From Candidatus Nomurabacteria bacterium (GTDB taxonomy: Bacteria > Patescibacteriota > Minisyncoccia > Phycocordibacterales > UBA9973): a DNA stretch of 64,000 bases. Numbering within the stretch: position 1 is the first letter of the stretch; the number at the start of each line of letters is the position of its first letter. Both the position numbers and the translations under genes were made by a program. The notes below the pieces were generated by a model, which was not told the origin of the DNA, made no database searches, and saw only the letters and a list, made by a program, of their open reading frames with translations. This document shows positions 59,612-64,000 of this stretch, in pieces. The stretch covers positions 513 through 64,512 of the forward strand of contig JAHFNJ010000004.1 in the NCBI GenBank assembly GCA_023267375.1, written 5' to 3'.

Positions 59612-60505
59612 TTATTCTGCAAGCGCTAATTTTCCAAGTGCAATCGCACCCTCCTTCGATCCTGCAACCGCCAAGAATCGTCCATTATGGCAAAACACTG
59701 CGTCAGCCACGCCAGTCACTTTTGCCAATTCAGCATCACGCAATCCAGCCCAACTTGCCGGTAAATCTTTGCGATTTGCAAAAGAATTTTTTTCCTTGTT
59801 CATTGTTTTTACCATCCACTTTTCGTCAGTGCGTGGGCCGATAACAAAAAGTGGTTCTGGGTATTTTTCAAGCGTCTCATGTGCCGGATATTGCCCATCC
59901 AAAATAATGAGGCGTTTATCTTCTGCACGAGCATACGCATCTTCAACAAATGCACTCGCTTCGAGTGCATCTTTTGTTCTCACAATCATTCGTTCTAAAT
60001 ATACTTTTGCTGTTTTTGCGAGAGTTAGAAAGGCGCCATCGATGTCATAGGATTCTTCTTTCCAGGTTGGACGAAAAACAGATACGATATCTGAAATAAT
60101 AGCCGGAGAGACTCCTTCGATAGTTCCGGTAAATAGATTCATCCCGTTGTCATTTGCATCGATTGGCTGCACGAGTTTTTGATCAATATTGTCAGCGATA
60201 GTCTCCGAACCTGAAACAACTGCTCCGTATTTTTTCCAGACCAACCCAAACGAAGCATACGGAATCGTATTTGAACGTACTCCGGCGCCGCCTTTTTGAT
60301 GGTGATCAAAACGATTGATCAAAGGATCATCAACACCCCCAATATCAAAAACATAATCGCCAGAAGCGATTATTCCTTCATCTCTAGTTCGAATGATTTC
60401 ATACTGCTTTCCTTCTCGTTCAAGCAAAATCATCAACGTTGCGCAAGCAAACACATCGTCTGCGTGAAAGTTGCCGTTATGTGTTATGAGCTTTAGTTGT
60501 TCCAT
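59612..60505 (-). CDS. MYG1-family (UPF0160) metal-dependent exonuclease
   Basis: THNGNFHADD, RTRD, FDHHQ, IDANDNG, FCHNGRF. Confidence 0.92.
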   Translation of the reverse strand: MEQLKLITHNGNFHADDVFACATLMILLEREGKQYEIIRTRDEGIIASGDYVFDIGGVDDPLINRFDHHQKGGAGVRSNTIPYASFGLVWKKYGAVVSGSETIADNIDQKLVQPIDANDNGMNLFTGTIEGVSPAIISDIVSVFRPTWKEESYDIDGAFLTLAKTAKVYLERMIVRTKDALEASAFVEDAYARAEDKRLIILDGQYPAHETLEKYPEPLFVIGPRTDEKWMVKTMNKEKNSFANRKDLPASWAGLRDAELAKVTGVADAVFCHNGRFLAVAGSKEGAIALGKLALAE

Positions 60506-60546
60506 ATACCGTCGCTCACTATACCACATTTTTTCGATTATGAAAA

Positions 60547-61146
60547 CTATGCCTTTTTATCATACTCAAAGAGGTCATAGAGGAATGAAACGAACTTCTG
60601 AAGCAAGAGGAAGCCAGCAATGAAGATGAGGATAAGGAAAACACCTTGGCGAATATTGTTTCCGATAGAAAAAGCAGCAAAACTGAAGAAGTATCCGAGC
60701 GCAAGAAAACCGAGAAGCCAGATAATCGTGGAAATAACTTCAGCGCGGATATACATCCGGAAATTAGTTTTCATATAACCCGCAAAAATGAGCGTAGCAT
60801 TATTCACTCCGTAAATAAATTTTGAGACAAAAATTGACCAGAAAGGACGCTCTTTGAATCGGGGCAATAAAAGCAATATCTTTTTCTCAACATACCGGAG
60901 AAATGCGCTGTGTGGGAAACGTCGAGCAATCCAACCACCCAATCGATACCCTAATACCGTTTTCATGAGCGCTGCTACCGAGACAATAAAAATCGTTTCA
61001 GCTGGATGAAGCGCATTCTGGTGAATAAGAATACCTGTAAGAATAAGGATTACCTCGCCCTCAAAAATCATCCCTATGAAGAGTAGTAAGTTTGCCCAAT
61101 GCTCGTGCATTTGAATGAATTTTATTATGAATGGAACCGTATGCAT
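60547..61146 (-). CDS. DedA/VTT-family membrane protein
   Basis: EGE..L..G, GYRLG, SKFIYG...AG. Confidence 0.8.
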   Translation of the reverse strand: MHTVPFIIKFIQMHEHWANLLLFIGMIFEGEVILILTGILIHQNALHPAETIFIVSVAALMKTVLGYRLGGWIARRFPHSAFLRYVEKKILLLLPRFKERPFWSIFVSKFIYGVNNATLIFAGYMKTNFRMYIRAEVISTIIWLLGFLALGYFFSFAAFSIGNNIRQGVFLILIFIAGFLLLQKFVSFLYDLFEYDKKA

Positions 61147-61241
61147 ATGAAAAAATGACTACATTTTACATTTCTAATGACTAAAAATACAGAATAGAAA
61201 ATCCCAATTAGCCACTAATTGGGATTTAGATATTTTAGTCT

Positions 61242-61583
61242 TTAATCTTCTTTAAGAAAACGATTGCCGATCCAGTTGATGAAGGAAACAATAATAGCCC
61301 CAATGAATGCTGCTGTGAAAGTGCTAACCGTAAAACCTTTAACAACCTGCGCCACGAGCCAGAAAAAGAGACCGTTAATAACAAGAGAGAACAGACCGAG
61401 CGTCAGAATATTGATTGGCAGTGTCAGTATTTTTATGACAGGCTTGATAATAGTGTTAATGAAGCCAAGCACCGCAGCCACAATGACCGCAGTTAAAAAT
61501 GTCGAGACATGGATATCAGGAACAAGATATGCTGCACCCAACACAGCAAGAGTAAGAATGAGCCAATGTAAAATAAGTTTCAT
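61242..61583 (-). CDS. YvlD/'phage holin 4 TM' family membrane protein
   Basis: NTIIKPVIKILTLPINILTLGLFSLVING. Confidence 0.88.
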   Translation of the reverse strand: MKLILHWLILTLAVLGAAYLVPDIHVSTFLTAVIVAAVLGFINTIIKPVIKILTLPINILTLGLFSLVINGLFFWLVAQVVKGFTVSTFTAAFIGAIIVSFINWIGNRFLKED

Positions 61584-61605
61584 AGTATTTTTAAAAAACT
61601 AATAA

Positions 61606-62058
61606 TTAAAATAATGCATCAACGACTTCTTTAACGACAGTGCCATCTGCTTTGCCTTTAAGGTCCTTCATGAGTGCTGACATGAGCATTCCCTTTTTTG
61701 TCGGATCAGTAATACCGAGCTCCTCTTTTTTAGACGCTGCAATTTTTTCTACGTCAGCCTTGTCCATCATTTTCGGCAAATACTTTTCAAGAATGGAGAG
61801 TTGCGCTTTTTCTTCAGCTGCCAAATCTTCACGGCCGCCCTTGGTAAATTGGTCGATAGAATCTTTGCGCTGTTTTGCAAGACGCGTAATAACAGCAAGG
61901 ACTTCTTCATCAGTAAGAATCTCCTGTGGCTTTCTTCCTTTGGCCACAAGTTCATTCATGAATGCAGCCGTCATACCGCGCAACACATCGAGTCGGACAG
62001 CGTCCTTCGCAAGCATCGCCTCTTTTATTTGATTTTTTATTTCTTCTTGTAACGACAT
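61606..62058 (-). CDS. GatB/YqeY domain protein
   Basis: IKEAMLAKD..RL, KQRKDSIDQF..GGREDLA..E...YLP, GKADG. Confidence 0.92.
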   Translation of the reverse strand: MSLQEEIKNQIKEAMLAKDAVRLDVLRGMTAAFMNELVAKGRKPQEILTDEEVLAVITRLAKQRKDSIDQFTKGGREDLAAEEKAQLSILEKYLPKMMDKADVEKIAASKKEELGITDPTKKGMLMSALMKDLKGKADGTVVKEVVDALF

Positions 62059-62060
62059 AA

Positions 62061-62095
62061 AAGTATATTAGTAAGTTGGTATGTTAGTAAACTAG
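62061..62095. repeat. 35-bp 8-mer array, downstream arm of the four-helix-bundle cassette
   Basis: AAGTATAT TAGTAAGT TGGTATGT TAGTAAAC TAG; overlaps the gene's stop and ends 2 nt from the YqeY ATG. Confidence 0.85.
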
Positions 62096-62457
62096 ACCTC
62101 CTTTCCATTTGATTCAATGAGTTTATTGAGCATTCTCATCACTTCTTCGAGTAATGCTTGTACTTTTTCGTACTCTTCTATTGTAACAAATTTAAGCCGT
62201 TTTGCTATTTTTAACTGTGTATCAAGCTCACTCCCAGAACCGAATGATATGATTAAGAAATGTGAGAAATCTTTTTTTGTTTTTCTTCGACTACCTTCTG
62301 CAATATTTGATGGAATAGAAACAGCAGATCGTCTCATTTGAGAAGAAAGCCCATACACTTCAGCTTTTGGAAATTCAGCCGTAAATTTATAAACTTCAGC
62401 AACTAAATCCATTGCTTTCTGCCACACAATCAATTTTTCGTAATTATGTACCAGCAT
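62092..62457 (-). CDS. Four-helix-bundle protein (23S rRNA IVP / TIGR02436 / Avd-like)
   Basis: YEKLIVWQKAMDL..Y..T..FPKAEVYGLSSQMRRSAVSIPSNIAEG..R...F..ISFGS..ELDTQL. Confidence 0.93.
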   Translation of the reverse strand: MLVHNYEKLIVWQKAMDLVAEVYKFTAEFPKAEVYGLSSQMRRSAVSIPSNIAEGSRRKTKKDFSHFLIISFGSGSELDTQLKIAKRLKFVTIEEYEKVQALLEEVMRMLNKLIESNGKEV

Positions 62458-62470
62458 TCTGTATTTAAGT

Positions 62471-62505
62471 CTAACATACTCATTTACCAGTATACTAGCT
62501 TACTT
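62471..62505. repeat. 35-bp 8-mer array, upstream (inverted) arm of the four-helix-bundle cassette
   Basis: CTAACATA CTCATTTA CCAGTATA CTAGCTTA CTT. Confidence 0.85.
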
Positions 62506-62525
62506 TCCCATGCTAAAATCGAGCT

Positions 62526-63245
62526 ATGCCCAAACTACTTTTTTTAGACACCGAAACAACCGGTAATGAAAAGAAAGATTACTTGTGCCAGATTGCCTAC
62601 AGCATTGAAGGTGCACGGAAAATGGCCCTGTTTAAGCCACCACTCACTATTCCGCCCGGCGCATCAGCCGTGCACCATATCACCAATAAAATGGTAGCAG
62701 AAAAACCGCCCTTTCAATTTAGTTTTGAATATGATGAATTAAAAAAACTCCTCCATGATGAAGATGTCATCTTTGTCGCCCACAATGCGCTTTTTGATAT
62801 CGGCATGCTTGAAAAAGAAGGGTTGAAAGTGCCACGATTTATTTGCACGCTCCGCATTGCACGACATTTAGATCCTGAAGAAAAAATCGAATCATACCGT
62901 TTGCAATTTTTGCGCTACTTGCTTGATATCGATATTGAGGCAGCCGCACACGACGCACTTGGAGACGTGCTGGTGCTCGAAAAACTTTTCGAGCGTCTCC
63001 ATAAAAAAATGGTAGAAAATGCTGGGGGTAGTGAAGAACTGGCGATTCTTGAGATGATGGATATTTCTTCCCGTCCCGTACTTATAAAAACATTCAAGTT
63101 CGGGAAGCACAACGGCAAAAAAGTTGAAGAAGTTGCTAAAATTGATCGTGGCTATCTCGAATGGCTTCTGGCACAGAAACTTGAGAAAGAGGAGGACGAC
63201 GAGGATTGGATTTATACACTGAAATACTATCTTGGAAAATTATAG
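62526..63245 (+). CDS. DEDDh 3'-5' exonuclease (ExoX/DnaQ-like)
   Basis: LDTETTG, AHNALFD, HDALGD; C-terminal FGKHNG..YLEW. Confidence 0.92.
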   Translation: MPKLLFLDTETTGNEKKDYLCQIAYSIEGARKMALFKPPLTIPPGASAVHHITNKMVAEKPPFQFSFEYDELKKLLHDEDVIFVAHNALFDIGMLEKEGLKVPRFICTLRIARHLDPEEKIESYRLQFLRYLLDIDIEAAAHDALGDVLVLEKLFERLHKKMVENAGGSEELAILEMMDISSRPVLIKTFKFGKHNGKKVEEVAKIDRGYLEWLLAQKLEKEEDDEDWIYTLKYYLGKL

Positions 63246-63248
63246 GAA

Positions 63249-63283
63249 TAGTAAACTAGTATTCTAGTAAGTTGGTAAGCTAG
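63249..63283. repeat. Solo 35-bp 8-mer array after the exonuclease stop
   Basis: TAGTAAAC TAGTATTC TAGTAAGT TGGTAAGC TAG. Confidence 0.82.
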
Positions 63284-63288
63284 AAAAT

Positions 63289-63320
63289 AAAAAGGTCAAC
63301 ACAATTGTGCTGACCTTTTT
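63289..63320. terminator. Bidirectional terminator
   Basis: AAAAAGGTCAACAC-AATT-GTGCTGACCTTTTT. Confidence 0.75.
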
Positions 63321-63334
63321 AATCCTTTTATGGA

Positions 63335-63685
63335 TTATTTGTATTTTTTACGTTTAATAAAAAACATGAAGCCTGACCAGATGTTATTTTGCTGGTATCC
63401 ATTGACCTCTGATTTTATAATTTTATAACCCTTTTTCAAGCATTTTTGTGCTAAGCTCCTGGCGTATTTTCGCATTCTTATTTCCTGCGACTTAGAAACT
63501 TGTGTCTCCAAGCGTTCAAATGAATAGTTTTGAAAGCTTTTTTCGGTCACAGATATTAAATGACAATGTACTGAAATACTACCATCAGCTCCTGTCAGGT
63601 AACCAAATTCAACTCTTGGCTCGCCAAACAAAACCAGAGTATGGCCATCGCCTTTTTCGTGCGGTAAATTTGTTCTAATTTTCAT
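63335..63685 (-). CDS. Hypothetical protein
   Basis: 116-aa stand-alone ORF with own TTGACA (63748-63743). Confidence 0.55.
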   Translation of the reverse strand: MKIRTNLPHEKGDGHTLVLFGEPRVEFGYLTGADGSISVHCHLISVTEKSFQNYSFERLETQVSKSQEIRMRKYARSLAQKCLKKGYKIIKSEVNGYQQNNIWSGFMFFIKRKKYK

Positions 63686-63788
63686 TTTATTTTTTTTAAA
63701 TGGTTTGAATTTTGCTTATTCATATCACATATATTGCTAATTTGTCAATATATGTAAAACCCTCTGTTCTCAATGGTATACTTGTTTT

Positions 63789-64000
63789 ATGAGTGAATAT
63801 TACAAAGGCAAACGTACACGAAACATCTACGATCCGAGCGATGCAAAACCGTTCGCGCTTTCGCGTTCAAAAATTGATCTATTCCTAGAATGTCCACAAT
63901 GCTTTTATTTGGATCGTCGACTCGGTGTTGGCCGTCCACCCGGATTCCCTTTCAACTTAAATACAGCCGTCGATACCCTGCTCAAAAAAGAATTTGACGT
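63789..64000 (+). CDS. PD-(D/E)XK nuclease-family protein, 3'-truncated by the window edge
   Basis: Translated by hand: MSEYYKGKR...LSRSKIDLFLECPQCFYLDRRLGVGRPPGFPFNLNTAVDTLLKKEFD. TGGTATACT lies 6 nt upstream. Confidence 0.75.
   Translation, partial: MSEYYKGKRTRNIYDPSDAKPFALSRSKIDLFLECPQCFYLDRRLGVGRPPGFPFNLNTAVDTLLKKEFD

Noticed and set aside
61242-61583. Prophage, suggested by the 'phage holin family' protein
   Set aside because: YvlD-type proteins are common chromosomal genes, and there are no phage structural, lysin or integrase genes nearby.
62092-62457. Diversity-generating retroelement, since the four-helix protein is Avd-like
   Set aside because: No reverse transcriptase and no TR/VR repeat pair with adenine-specific mismatches is visible in the window.

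Overview
Chromosomal segment of a Candidate Phyla Radiation (Patescibacteria) bacterium, most likely Parcubacteria. This is inferred from the gene set, the presence of rplI/L9, archaeal-type AspRS and standard TGA stops. It is dense with housekeeping genes: aspS, scpAB, mraY-ftsW-murG, gltX, a full F-type ATP synthase operon, r-proteins L27/L9/L31/L25, prfA, obgE, gatB, a gap-rpiB-rpe-tkt-fba cluster, a MacAB-like ABC exporter and tRNA-Ile(GAT). Many lineage-specific orphan genes are interleaved. No CRISPR, transposase, integrase, reverse transcriptase or prophage was seen. The main non-obvious signals are: (1) a four-helix-bundle (23S-IVP/Avd-like) gene bracketed by two inverted 35-bp arrays of five 8-nt-spaced TAG-like triplets, with two 91-bp 'empty' copies (scpA/scpB and atpZ/atpB junctions) and solo arrays elsewhere, a candidate uncharacterised repeat/pentamer system; (2) a palindromic 11-6-11 dif-like site exactly where gene orientation flips from + to -, probably the replication terminus; (3) several unannotated structured RNAs, including a ~220-nt transcript with its own promoter and terminator, a 360-nt DEAD-box helicase leader and a long hairpin before rplI; (4) pervasive leaderless-type promoters, with a -10 box 6-7 nt before the start codon; (5) small ORFs missed by the ORF track. 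All calls come from reading the sequence by eye; no searches or folding programs were run.
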